Program-made: the position numbers and the translations under genes
The notes under the pieces: model-generated
The model's database searches: none
The model's input: the letters and a program-made list of their open reading frames with translations, nothing else
What the model was told of the DNA's origin: nothing
DNA from: a virus
Taxonomy: Duplodnaviria > Caudoviricetes
IMG/VR virus record: IMGVR_UViG_3300026543_000012
Location: 1 to 46,515 of that record
Direction: 5' to 3' (one strand)
DNA: 46,515 nt
Shown: positions 9,660 through 16,687 of the stretch, in pieces
Position numbering within the stretch: position 1 is the stretch's first letter
Layout: each line of letters begins with the position of its first letter

Positions 9660-10073
9660 TTATGGTAAGCCAGAATAATCGCCAGTTGCCAATGGTCTTG
9701 GTTTCAATTGAATGCTAAAGGGCATCCCATCAATACTTATCCCTATATCCGCAACACCAAAACCCATTCCGGTATCAGTTATTTTTGCGCCTTGTGCTTG
9801 TAATGCACTCTCAACCCATTCCCTTAAATTTAAAAACGCCTCTATATCCATATCGCATAAACTAGCGGTTTTCTTTGGAGCAGATATGTTTGTTGGGTGA
9901 TCCTGTCCTTCAAAATCAACATTATAAATGTTACAATCATGCCTTCTACACCATACCTGTAGACCATTTCTAGTAAGACCTACCTCTATTTGTTGGTATT
10001 CCTGTGCAGATAAACCACTAGGAATATCATCAAGACACTTAATACAATGCATAAAATCATTTATTTGTTTCAT
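9660..10073 (-). CDS. Hypothetical protein with Cys/His pairs
   Basis: HCIKC and WCRRH. Confidence 0.65.
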   Translation of the reverse strand: MKQINDFMHCIKCLDDIPSGLSAQEYQQIEVGLTRNGLQVWCRRHDCNIYNVDFEGQDHPTNISAPKKTASLCDMDIEAFLNLREWVESALQAQGAKITDTGMGFGVADIGISIDGMPFSIQLKPRPLATGDYSGLP

Positions 10074-10330
10074 CCCACCATTCCATAAAGCCAGTTATCG
10101 CAAACTATCTGAGCGTAGGTTTTAACTAACGGTTGTTTCTTCTTCGGTTTCGGCCAGCTGCGTTTACAGTGCCGGGCTTTGTGAATACCAGCACAATGAG
10201 GGCTACAGAAACGTGCTAATTTCCTTTCTGCCGGTGACATTTTTGCACCTTTTGGGTTTATTGCCGTAGGCTTCCGGCGCATTGGTATTTCCTTATCACA
10301 CTCAGGTAATTCGCAAAAGTAGTCAGTCAT
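10070..10330 (-). CDS. Small Zn-finger protein
   Basis: C-x4-C...RFCSPHC. Confidence 0.6.
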   Translation of the reverse strand: MTDYFCELPECDKEIPMRRKPTAINPKGAKMSPAERKLARFCSPHCAGIHKARHCKRSWPKPKKKQPLVKTYAQIVCDNWLYGMVG

Positions 10331-10566
10331 TCTGATGGTTCCAGTGGGTAGGGTTCGCTGTCAGCTTCCGGTATTTCACCAGACAATGCACAAGACCTAA
10401 AAAATGCAGAGTTATTTTCTAGTTCCCGGATTCTTCCTTCATAAAAGGATTCCCCATCCAGTCTTGCCCACTCCCTCTTTTCAAGAACCTTGTTTCTTTC
10501 TTCCAATTCTCCGACCAAACTAAGCAATGCCGCTACACATTCATTCAATTTCTCATAATCACTCAT
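10327..10566 (-). CDS. Hypothetical coiled-coil protein
   Basis: 79 aa; GGAG RBS; overlap-coupled. Confidence 0.65.
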   Translation of the reverse strand: MSDYEKLNECVAALLSLVGELEERNKVLEKREWARLDGESFYEGRIRELENNSAFFRSCALSGEIPEADSEPYPLEPSE

Positions 10567-10604
10567 TATTCATACTCCTGCTTAGATAGTCCGAGGTGTT
10601 AGTT

Positions 10605-10826
10605 TCATTGACCAACATACCAGGTATTTTCGGGATTTTCTTTCTCCCACAACCTATGCCCTCCTTTAATCGGTTCACCATCAACTTTGCCACAACAATT
10701 AAAACAAGCACCAGCCCTCAAATCTTTATATTCTTGGCAAATCATACAGTTTCCCATTTGGGCATGACTGACATAACTATCAGGATATTTTTCTAAGGCT
10801 TCTTTTAAAGTATTAAATATCTCCAT
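10605..10826 (-). CDS. Small Cys-rich hypothetical protein
   Basis: CMIC...CFNC. Confidence 0.6.
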   Translation of the reverse strand: MEIFNTLKEALEKYPDSYVSHAQMGNCMICQEYKDLRAGACFNCCGKVDGEPIKGGHRLWEKENPENTWYVGQ

Positions 10827-11229
10827 TTCTCCAACCTCTTATATAGTCGGCAAACTCAAGGCGCTTTGCTGAGGACATTGGCAGAGGCCGGGATGGTTTG
10901 TGTTTTTGAATATGCGCTTCTACAAATCTATTAACATATTTATTTATTTCTTCTTTTTTGTCCATTTCCAGGTACATTCTTCTTTTATCAACATCTTCCC
11001 ATAAAACCTTACACCGATTCCAATATGTCAAATCCCAACTTATCATTGGCTTGCCTGATCCTCCCATATCTTTACACCAGTACATCTTAAATCCATGTAG
11101 TTGATGTTCGCACCAGGATCGGTTCTCTCCATAGTTGGTCATCTGGTGTTTATCAGCATTATTACCCCAGAAATATTCTTCGTCTGGTTGCCAGGATTTA
11201 AATAGTTTGGTTTTTAGTTTCTTTTTCAT
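10813..11229 (-). CDS. Hypothetical protein
   Basis: 138-aa ORF in operon. Confidence 0.65.
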   Translation of the reverse strand: MKKKLKTKLFKSWQPDEEYFWGNNADKHQMTNYGENRSWCEHQLHGFKMYWCKDMGGSGKPMISWDLTYWNRCKVLWEDVDKRRMYLEMDKKEEINKYVNRFVEAHIQKHKPSRPLPMSSAKRLEFADYIRGWRNGDI

Positions 11230-11231
11230 AT

Positions 11232-11423
11232 CTAACCCAATGATGGGTTATCCATCCATGCTTTTGCCTCTCGCACTGTTTCACAAATACGAGACATTAA
11301 AGTAGTATTTCTTACCCCGCCTGTTACCCAGATAGATTTCTTATCTCGATGAGCCATGTATTTATCAGGGTCTTTTTTGCCAGCATAGACTTTTAACTCT
11401 TTATGTTGCGATTTAAATTTCAT
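11232..11423 (-). CDS. Hypothetical protein (start revised to MKFKSQH)
   Basis: ATG at 11423 after GGAAAG; a longer start would overlap the Lar-like gene. Confidence 0.55.
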   Translation of the reverse strand: MKFKSQHKELKVYAGKKDPDKYMAHRDKKSIWVTGGVRNTTLMSRICETVREAKAWMDNPSLG

Positions 11424-11445
11424 TTCACTTTCCCTATAGAGATAG

Positions 11446-11649
11446 CTAACCCGGTTTTTTAATAGACCTACAATTCCATTCTCGCGCTGCTTTTTCGAAA
11501 GATTTCCTATAATGAGTTGATGGTCGAATAGTACAACCTTTGTTGTTACACGCAACCCATGGCCTATCAACTCCATTCCGATAAGTAGGTTTCCCACCAC
11601 AAAATGGACAAGTATCTAGTTCAATATTTGCTGGTAGTTCTTTAGTCAT
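11446..11649 (-). CDS. Lar-like (restriction alleviation) Zn-ribbon protein
   Basis: CPFCGG...VAC..C...AAREWN.R. Confidence 0.75.
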   Translation of the reverse strand: MTKELPANIELDTCPFCGGKPTYRNGVDRPWVACNNKGCTIRPSTHYRKSFEKAAREWNCRSIKKPG

Positions 11650-11699
11650 ATTCCAAACCTATTAAAGATAGCTATCCACGGTGATATATTAATTCACCA

Positions 11700-11918
11700 T
11701 TAAACCTTTGTGTAATCTGGAAGGCTATTCATTGTTTTCTCTGCCTTTAAATCTAATTCAGCTTGTTGCCATCCCATCTCCCAGTAAACCCTTTGAGCTT
11801 GGAATTTCTGGCTGAGATTTTCAAAAGGATTCTTAGCAAGACCAAGTTTATAGGCTTCGTAACCTTCGTGGTATGTCGGTTGGTCTTGTGGTATCGATAA
11901 TCTTTTCATAAAAAACAC
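11700..11918 (-). CDS. Rmf/CrpP-like small protein
   Basis: YHEGYEAY..G...NPF.......W..GW..A. Confidence 0.6.
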   Translation of the reverse strand: MFFMKRLSIPQDQPTYHEGYEAYKLGLAKNPFENLSQKFQAQRVYWEMGWQQAELDLKAEKTMNSLPDYTKV

Positions 11919-11988
11919 CTATTTGTCGAAGGGGCTGTTGACTTTTTTCTTTCTTGCATTAACAAAACACCGGGCCTAAAACCGGAAC

Positions 11989-11997
11989 TTATCCACA
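11989..11997 (+). promoter_or_regulatory. Consensus DnaA box TTATCCACA
   Basis: Exact match to the E. coli R-box consensus, in an intergenic region. Confidence 0.55.
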
Positions 11998-12390
11998 GGC
12001 TGTGTAATATGTTTTAACGTGTGGCTATCTAGCCTGGTCTTTCATGGGCCAGAACCCACGTAATTTAATACCGTCGAACAAGTAGCCACACTCAAAACAT
12101 ACTACAACAAATACTGCGCTTGGTTGCCTATAACGAATTATTAACGTTGTTTATCCGTTCGCTGCCAAGACAGCTATCGGCGCTCGGTGTCATTTTGTAG
12201 GAAATCATCAATGAATCCAATCGCTCCTGTTTGTTTCCACAGGCCCAAAGCGCCGTTATAAGCAAATCGGGTTAAAGTGTTACCAAAAGTAACAAATGTC
12301 CTTGAAATGGGTTTTGAGGTTGGTATAATGCCGTAATGGATTCGGTTAACCTTCTCTGAAAACCTGATTCAAAGGCGCTTCTAACGCCGA
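11990..12390 (-). ncRNA. Putative long structured leader or primer RNA (RNA II-like)
   Basis: No ORF. Stems 12003-12027/12083-12106 and 12124-12135/12254-12265 have substitutions that are G.U only on the minus strand. Upstream minus promoter present. Confidence 0.5.
12302..12329 (+). promoter_or_regulatory. Sigma70 promoter for antisense RNA A
   Basis: TTGAAA-16-TATAAT with extended TG. Confidence 0.7.
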
Positions 12391-12396
12391 TACGTA

Positions 12397-12424
12397 ATAC
12401 TAAGCCTTGTGGGTAAAACTGCAA
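12397..12424 (-). promoter_or_regulatory. Leftward sigma70 promoter embedded in the terminator hairpin
   Basis: TTGCAG-16-TAGTAT with an upstream A-tract. Confidence 0.55.
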
Positions 12425-12433
12425 GGCTTTTTT
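12402..12433 (+). terminator. Intrinsic terminator
   Basis: AAGCCTTGT...GCAAGGCTT followed by a T-run. Confidence 0.7.
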
Positions 12434-12450
12434 ATTTGTGTTATAATTTC

Positions 12451-12655
12451 CCTGTTCAACTTGCGGGCGGGTTACTGTGACCGGCCGTGCAACAACAGGA
12501 GAGTGCGGTGGGAGGCGAAAGCCGATGAAACCACGGACTCGATGGGAAAGTCCTTTCTGGAAGCCCTTAAAGGAAAACTATTCGATAGCATCAACCTGGC
12601 CGGTAAATAGATTAGAGACCTGAATCTTCTTCTGTTGATTGCACAACTTTTTTTA
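12451..12655 (+). ncRNA. Putative ~200-nt structured RNA
   Basis: TGTTATAAT extended -10 at 12439-12447; nested hairpins; GGC-GAAA-GCC tetraloop; ends GTTG..CAAC-T7. Confidence 0.5.
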
Positions 12656-12674
12656 CTCCCGGTCGGCAATTGAG

Positions 12675-12869
12675 TCAACCGGGAGAATCTAATTTCCCGG
12701 CTTCCACACCAGCAAAAAAAACTTTAGATATCTCTCTACCCCATGTTAAGTCTTCTGGGGCGTACACATTACTTTCATCATTCCAGGTGAAATATAATTC
12801 TCCATTGACATATACTTCATGTATACCTGTGTAGCAATCGTCTGATTCTTTTTCTACAACCTTTATCAT
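12675..12869 (-). CDS. Hypothetical acidic protein
   Basis: AGGAGAATGATT-ATG junction. Confidence 0.65.
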   Translation of the reverse strand: MIKVVEKESDDCYTGIHEVYVNGELYFTWNDESNVYAPEDLTWGREISKVFFAGVEAGKLDSPG

Positions 12870-12902
12870 AATCATTCTCCTTCAATGGCTTTTTTAATTC
12901 TG

Positions 12903-13133
12903 TTATAATTCATTTTTCAAAACCTTTTCTATAAAAGGAAGGTAGGTTATAACACCCAAGTAAGCGTCCCCAGAATGACAGGGTGAGCCATCTATCATTA
13001 CTCTTTTATTTTTAAAAACAAAAGTAAGAAAGCCTCCGCAGTCGCTATCAAATCGAACCTCTAATGCTCCCATTTCTTGCAATATTGAAACTACTTCTTC
13101 CATATTTTGTGCCATATTAAGTGTATCTTTCAT
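12903..13133 (-). CDS. Hypothetical protein
   Basis: AGGATAATGATT-ATG junction. Confidence 0.6.
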   Translation of the reverse strand: MKDTLNMAQNMEEVVSILQEMGALEVRFDSDCGGFLTFVFKNKRVMIDGSPCHSGDAYLGVITYLPFIEKVLKNEL

Positions 13134-13138
13134 AATCA

Positions 13139-13291
13139 TTATCCTGCTTCTTCTTCAATCTCTAAAGCACATTCATTACAAATGAATCTCGTACCGTCCC
13201 CAGGTTTTTGAGTAAAAGTAAAAAGGTCCATACAAGGTGATTCATCAGCATCCTTGTAGCCATCACATCTGTCACAATAATATATACTCAC
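13139..13291 (-). CDS. 50-aa Zn-finger microprotein (not in ORF track)
   Basis: MSIYYCDRCDG...FICNECALE; AGGAGAATGATT-GTG. Confidence 0.6.
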   Translation of the reverse strand: MSIYYCDRCDGYKDADESPCMDLFTFTQKPGDGTRFICNECALEIEEEAG

Positions 13292-13364
13292 AATCATTCT
13301 CCTGTGCCGTTATAAGCAAGATACTTTAATAAGGGGCTTTTTATTTAATAATATAGATTGATTA

Positions 13365-13583
13365 TTACAGTTCACAGCCTGATTTTAAAAGATCACAAAA
13401 ATTAACATTTTTTATGCTCTCGTTAGGTATTGAATTAATAATACCCACATTATGCATAAGAATATTCATTCTATTTACTCTAGGATTGCAAATACAAGAA
13501 TTAATGGCGACTATTCTGTGATCACTTGTTGACCATTCTTCGTCGTTTAATCCCATATCTATCATGCTTTCTATTATATACAT
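13365..13583 (-). CDS. Hypothetical protein
   Basis: AGGAGAATGACT-ATG junction. Confidence 0.55.
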   Translation of the reverse strand: MYIIESMIDMGLNDEEWSTSDHRIVAINSCICNPRVNRMNILMHNVGIINSIPNESIKNVNFCDLLKSGCEL

Positions 13584-13614
13584 AGTCATTCTCCTGGTAT
13601 CAACTGCGATAAGT

Positions 13615-13769
13615 GATTGTGCTTAGTGATAGAGGCAGGGCGCTATGCTGCTACCTGTATATGGGTTTTGGGTTTTTATCTTTTCGTGTGAGTGTCACTT
13701 ACCAGTGCCTCGTTCTTCACGTTTCCCAATGCCTGTTTGCTCCAGGCTTCTCTATCATTAAACACAATC
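13615..13769. ncRNA. Element closed by a 20-bp inverted repeat
   Basis: GATTGTGCTTAGTGATAGAG / CTCTATCATTAAACACAATC (18/20). Confidence 0.45.
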
Positions 13770-13797
13770 CCAGCTATAGAACTGTCGATTGAATGGA

Positions 13798-13887
13798 GGT
13801 AGCGCCCAATCTACTCGGCAAACACCCACTGGGTTAGGTGCCTAAGCCTCTGAATCCGAAGAATCAGGGTTGCCTTATTGTGCTACC
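13798..13887 (-). ncRNA. Branched structured element with a cUUCGg tetraloop
   Basis: GGTAGC closing stem, GGCAA/TTGCC stem, and CTGATTC-TTCG-GATTCAG hairpin on the minus strand. Confidence 0.5.
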
Positions 13888-13897
13888 ATTGTCCAGC

Positions 13898-14056
13898 TTA
13901 ATTATCTTTATATTCAACCAAATCTTCTATAATCTTTGCATAATCAATATCTTCTTTAGTTGTGTTGGTTAAATAAATTGCAACAACAGCCTCCAGTGGG
14001 ATTTCTTCATCACCATCTAAAGTTTCTAATCGTTGTGTTAATTCTATTACTTTCAT
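13898..14056 (-). CDS. 52-aa acidic microprotein (not in ORF track)
   Basis: MKVIELTQRLETLDGDEEIPLEAVV... Confidence 0.55.
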   Translation of the reverse strand: MKVIELTQRLETLDGDEEIPLEAVVAIYLTNTTKEDIDYAKIIEDLVEYKDN

Positions 14057-14206
14057 AGCTACCATAATTCAATCTATGCCCTGTAAGGACTGTAACGACC
14101 GGAGCCAGCCGTGCTGCTTTACGAGCCTACTTTCGGTTTTTGGGTATGCAGCAACCCCTTCTCATGGAATTCAATCTATCGGTATTAGACATTATTGAAT
14201 ACGTTG

Positions 14207-14235
14207 TTGACTAACTGGTAAAGAATCTTTATATT
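14207..14235 (+). promoter_or_regulatory. Sigma70 promoter for antisense RNA B
   Basis: TTGACT-17-TATATT. Confidence 0.7.
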
Positions 14236-14241
14236 GCCACT

Positions 14242-14351
14242 GTGTGTGGCGGAAGAAAAGACGATAGCTAGTGTTATCTGATTCAAAGGCAGTCTAGTGC
14301 CGATGCCATTAATACTAAGGGGTTTGTTCATATTGTTCAAACCCCTTTTTT
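14242..14351 (+). ncRNA. Putative ~110-nt antisense RNA B with terminator at 14317-14351
   Basis: CTGATTCAAAGGC..GCCGAT..TAATACTAAG shared with RNA A; AAGGGGTTTG/CAAACCCCTT plus T-run. Confidence 0.55.
14312..14340 (-). promoter_or_regulatory. Leftward sigma70 promoter embedded in the terminator hairpin
   Basis: TTGAAC-17-TAGTAT. Confidence 0.6.
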
Positions 14352-14352
14352 A

Positions 14353-14610
14353 TTACCAAAGCCTATATGTTGTATGTGACTTCCCTTGTTCTTTTAGGGC
14401 TATCGCATCATACACATGTTGGTGCTTGCAATTGTTCATGGGTGGTATAATGGCTTGCATTACAGGATAATATCGCTTTGTTTTATTCGGCACCACAGTA
14501 ACTATTCTCCCTTCAGATTGCATTAATCGACTAGCCTTTTTAGCCTTATTTATGCTTCCCATGTCTTTACCATCTAAGATTTTACCTGCTCTTACTATTC
14601 CCATAATCAT
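14353..14610 (-). CDS. Hypothetical basic protein
   Basis: 85 aa; GAGGAAATGATT junction. Confidence 0.6.
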   Translation of the reverse strand: MIMGIVRAGKILDGKDMGSINKAKKASRLMQSEGRIVTVVPNKTKRYYPVMQAIIPPMNNCKHQHVYDAIALKEQGKSHTTYRLW

Positions 14611-14645
14611 TTCCTCTTTGTTGGTAGAAATATCAATAGGGCTTT

Positions 14646-14990
14646 TTAATCGGTAAGTACATGAACCTTTTCACGTTCGCTTTCGATTTGATTCTGTATG
14701 TCGGGGTCGTCTATGCGTAGCAGTGAATGTTCTTGCTTCGCGTCATATTCAACATACGGCGGGCATCCATATTTAATTACATCTAAATCGGTTGCCCAAT
14801 AGCCGTAAAATTCTGCATCATCAATTATTTTAAAAAGCACAGTAACTTCTTTGCCGCGCGCTTTAGAATTAGAATCAATTATTATCGCTCTACATCCTGC
14901 CTCAATTGGTTTAGCGCCTATCATGCGGCATACTTCCGCAAATCTTCGATGTCCAGGTCCAGGGCTATCATTGGCTCGCCAAAAAATCAT
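14646..14990 (-). CDS. Hypothetical protein (true start probably downstream, MIGAKP)
   Basis: ORF in the leftward operon. Confidence 0.55.
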   Translation of the reverse strand: MIFWRANDSPGPGHRRFAEVCRMIGAKPIEAGCRAIIIDSNSKARGKEVTVLFKIIDDAEFYGYWATDLDVIKYGCPPYVEYDAKQEHSLLRIDDPDIQNQIESEREKVHVLTD

Positions 14991-15336
14991 GAATTCCCAG
15001 TTTTTCTATTAAATAAATAGGGTCATTGTTTAATGCTGAGCCTCGCTTGATATTGCATACTCGGCAAACAGGCTCAACGTCAAGCGGTTTCATGTAATCT
15101 CGATGATCATAATCTCGCGCTAGCTCACCGCAATCCACACACTGTATTTTACTACCCTTTAGTCTAGGCAAAATACCTGCATTGACGGCGGCATTAACTA
15201 TCGAACCAGAGACCCTTTTCGGAGTTGTTGTTATTCCTAACTCAACTCTTTTATCGCGGCATCTTTTGCAATACCATTTCCGAGCATCGGTTTTTGGCAG
15301 TTTGTGTCCGCAAATTCGGCACAAACTGGCAGTCAT
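14968..15336 (-). CDS. Zn-binding HNH-like protein
   Basis: CRICG..YCKRC; CVDCG....DHRDYMKPLDVEPVCRVCN. Confidence 0.65.
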   Translation of the reverse strand: MTASLCRICGHKLPKTDARKWYCKRCRDKRVELGITTTPKRVSGSIVNAAVNAGILPRLKGSKIQCVDCGELARDYDHRDYMKPLDVEPVCRVCNIKRGSALNNDPIYLIEKLGIHDFLASQ

Positions 15337-15506
15337 TTCCGCCTCACAAGATAGTTATACAATATATCAACCTTATCCTCAGAATTAAACTCACCGCGCT
15401 TAAACTTCTGTAGCCAGCGAACCTGCAAACCAGTTGCTTCGTGTATTTCGGAAACCCCTAAGCTGGTGGTTTTGATTAGCTCTAAAGCCTTTTCTTTTCT
15501 AGTCAT
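15333..15506 (-). CDS. Cro-like HTH regulator, 57 aa (not in ORF track)
   Basis: MTRKEKALELIKTTSLGVSEIHEATGLQVRWLQKFKRGE...KVDILYNYL; first gene of the leftward operon. Confidence 0.7.
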   Translation of the reverse strand: MTRKEKALELIKTTSLGVSEIHEATGLQVRWLQKFKRGEFNSEDKVDILYNYLVRRK

Positions 15507-15512
15507 ACCGGA

Positions 15513-15591
15513 ACTATACGCTAATAATTCGTATACGCAAGTATTTTTATTCGTAATAGTTATTGACTTACGCGAACTATAGGACTATATT
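15513..15591. promoter_or_regulatory. Divergent promoter switch
   Basis: Minus: TTGCGT-16-TATAGT. Plus: TTGACT-17-TATATT. Palindrome TATACG..CGTATA and a repeated GAACTATA. Confidence 0.7.
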
Positions 15592-15619
15592 GGTTATTAT
15601 ATTAAACGAGGAAATGAAA

Positions 15620-15931
15620 ATGGGAGCAAGAGCAAATATTGTAGTTAAGTCAGACGGGGAACAAGTCTGTCTTTATAGTCATTGGGGTGGTTCAGAATTA
15701 GCCGATGACTTAAAAAATGCTTTGAAAAAAGGGAAAAGGTGGGATGACTTTCAATATCTAACTAGAATTATTTTTTGTGAAATGGTTAAAAACAATATTA
15801 GCGAGGAAACCGGCTTCGGGATAACGCAAGAAGTCCACGATAATGAATATCCGGTTATATATGTTAATGCTGACTTACAGCTTGTCACTATAGACGGCGT
15901 TGAAACTTCATTTTCTGACTTCATTACCTAA
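15620..15931 (+). CDS. Phage early hypothetical protein
   Basis: GAGGA RBS; MGARANI...LYSHWGG. Confidence 0.7.
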   Translation: MGARANIVVKSDGEQVCLYSHWGGSELADDLKNALKKGKRWDDFQYLTRIIFCEMVKNNISEETGFGITQEVHDNEYPVIYVNADLQLVTIDGVETSFSDFIT

Positions 15932-15956
15932 CCTATCCAATAACAAGGATAAATAA

Positions 15957-16274
15957 ATGACCGATATTAAAACACCAGCCTCACATTTAAACGATCCTGA
16001 AACCAGCTATATTGCCGAGAGTAATATAAATAAGTCTGGTAAAAGATTCTCGAACCAGAAGCTAATAACCGATTTTGTGAAAAGACACCCTGGACTCACG
16101 GCAGCCGAAATAGGACATCTCACTGGTTTGGGTCAACATGAATGCTCAAGAAGGTTATCTGAATTAACTAACGTCACAGTCCGCAGGGGAAATAAGTTCC
16201 TATGCTCTATTAAAGGCACATTAATGATGGTATGGCATCCATTGTATTTAACTGAACAGAGAGAATTAATATGA
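15957..16274 (+). CDS. Winged-helix DNA-binding protein
   Basis: DPETS...HPGLTAAEI......RRLSEL. Confidence 0.7.
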   Translation: MTDIKTPASHLNDPETSYIAESNINKSGKRFSNQKLITDFVKRHPGLTAAEIGHLTGLGQHECSRRLSELTNVTVRRGNKFLCSIKGTLMMVWHPLYLTEQRELI

Positions 16275-16684
16275 ACAGATCACAAGCTGAAGAACTATTT
16301 ACTTTAATCACTACAGTTCGACATGTGGATAAGATGCATACCCATTACGGGGCAGCTTATTCGGAACGCCCTGTACCAGCTTGCTTATTATGTGAGGGAG
16401 TGCGCCACGGTCTTTACACTAAAGAACAGGGTTTGGAGTTGGATACCACGTCTGCGTCATCTAGAAATGTCATTGGGTTTGACGTACATTTCGGATGCAC
16501 GGAATCAGAGGCGTGTGGGGTTCTTTTCCATAACCAAATTACTTTGAGTGACCATACCAATGGTGAAAACTACTATCAATCGGGAAAAGAATTAATAGAA
16601 AAATACCACCCCGATCTATTTGAAACCACCCTGTCTTTCTCTGCCCTTATGGACGAACTCAAGCAACCGGTGAGCATGGTATAA
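16271..16684 (+). CDS. Hypothetical protein
   Basis: 137 aa, overlap-coupled. Confidence 0.65.
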   Translation: MNRSQAEELFTLITTVRHVDKMHTHYGAAYSERPVPACLLCEGVRHGLYTKEQGLELDTTSASSRNVIGFDVHFGCTESEACGVLFHNQITLSDHTNGENYYQSGKELIEKYHPDLFETTLSFSALMDELKQPVSMV

Positions 16685-16687
16685 ACA

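Larger units (their letters stand above)
12336..12433 (+). ncRNA. Putative ~95-nt antisense RNA A
   Basis: Lies between the promoter and an intrinsic terminator; shares motifs with 14242-14351. Confidence 0.55.

Noticed and set aside
12124-12265. Integron attC site (TAAC...GTTA ends)
   Set aside because: No integrase, no internal L-box symmetry, and no cassette ORF ending next to it. It is better explained as an RNA stem.
12514-12553. Hammerhead or RNase P similarity (GATGAAAC, GGAAAGTCC)
   Set aside because: The core elements are incomplete or in the wrong order.
12407-12678. ORFs 12407..12610 (+) and 12472..12678 (-)
   Set aside because: They overlap each other, a terminator and dense RNA structure, with no protein motifs. 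The minus ORF cannot be fully excluded because it has an ATGA overlap.
14095-14160. c-di-GMP-I riboswitch-like GAAA...CGTAAAGC on the minus strand
   Set aside because: The GGCAAA 5' element and the second stem are missing.
11920-14350. CRISPR array or tRNA cluster
   Set aside because: No regularly spaced repeats; no cloverleaf with a T-loop and CCA end was found.
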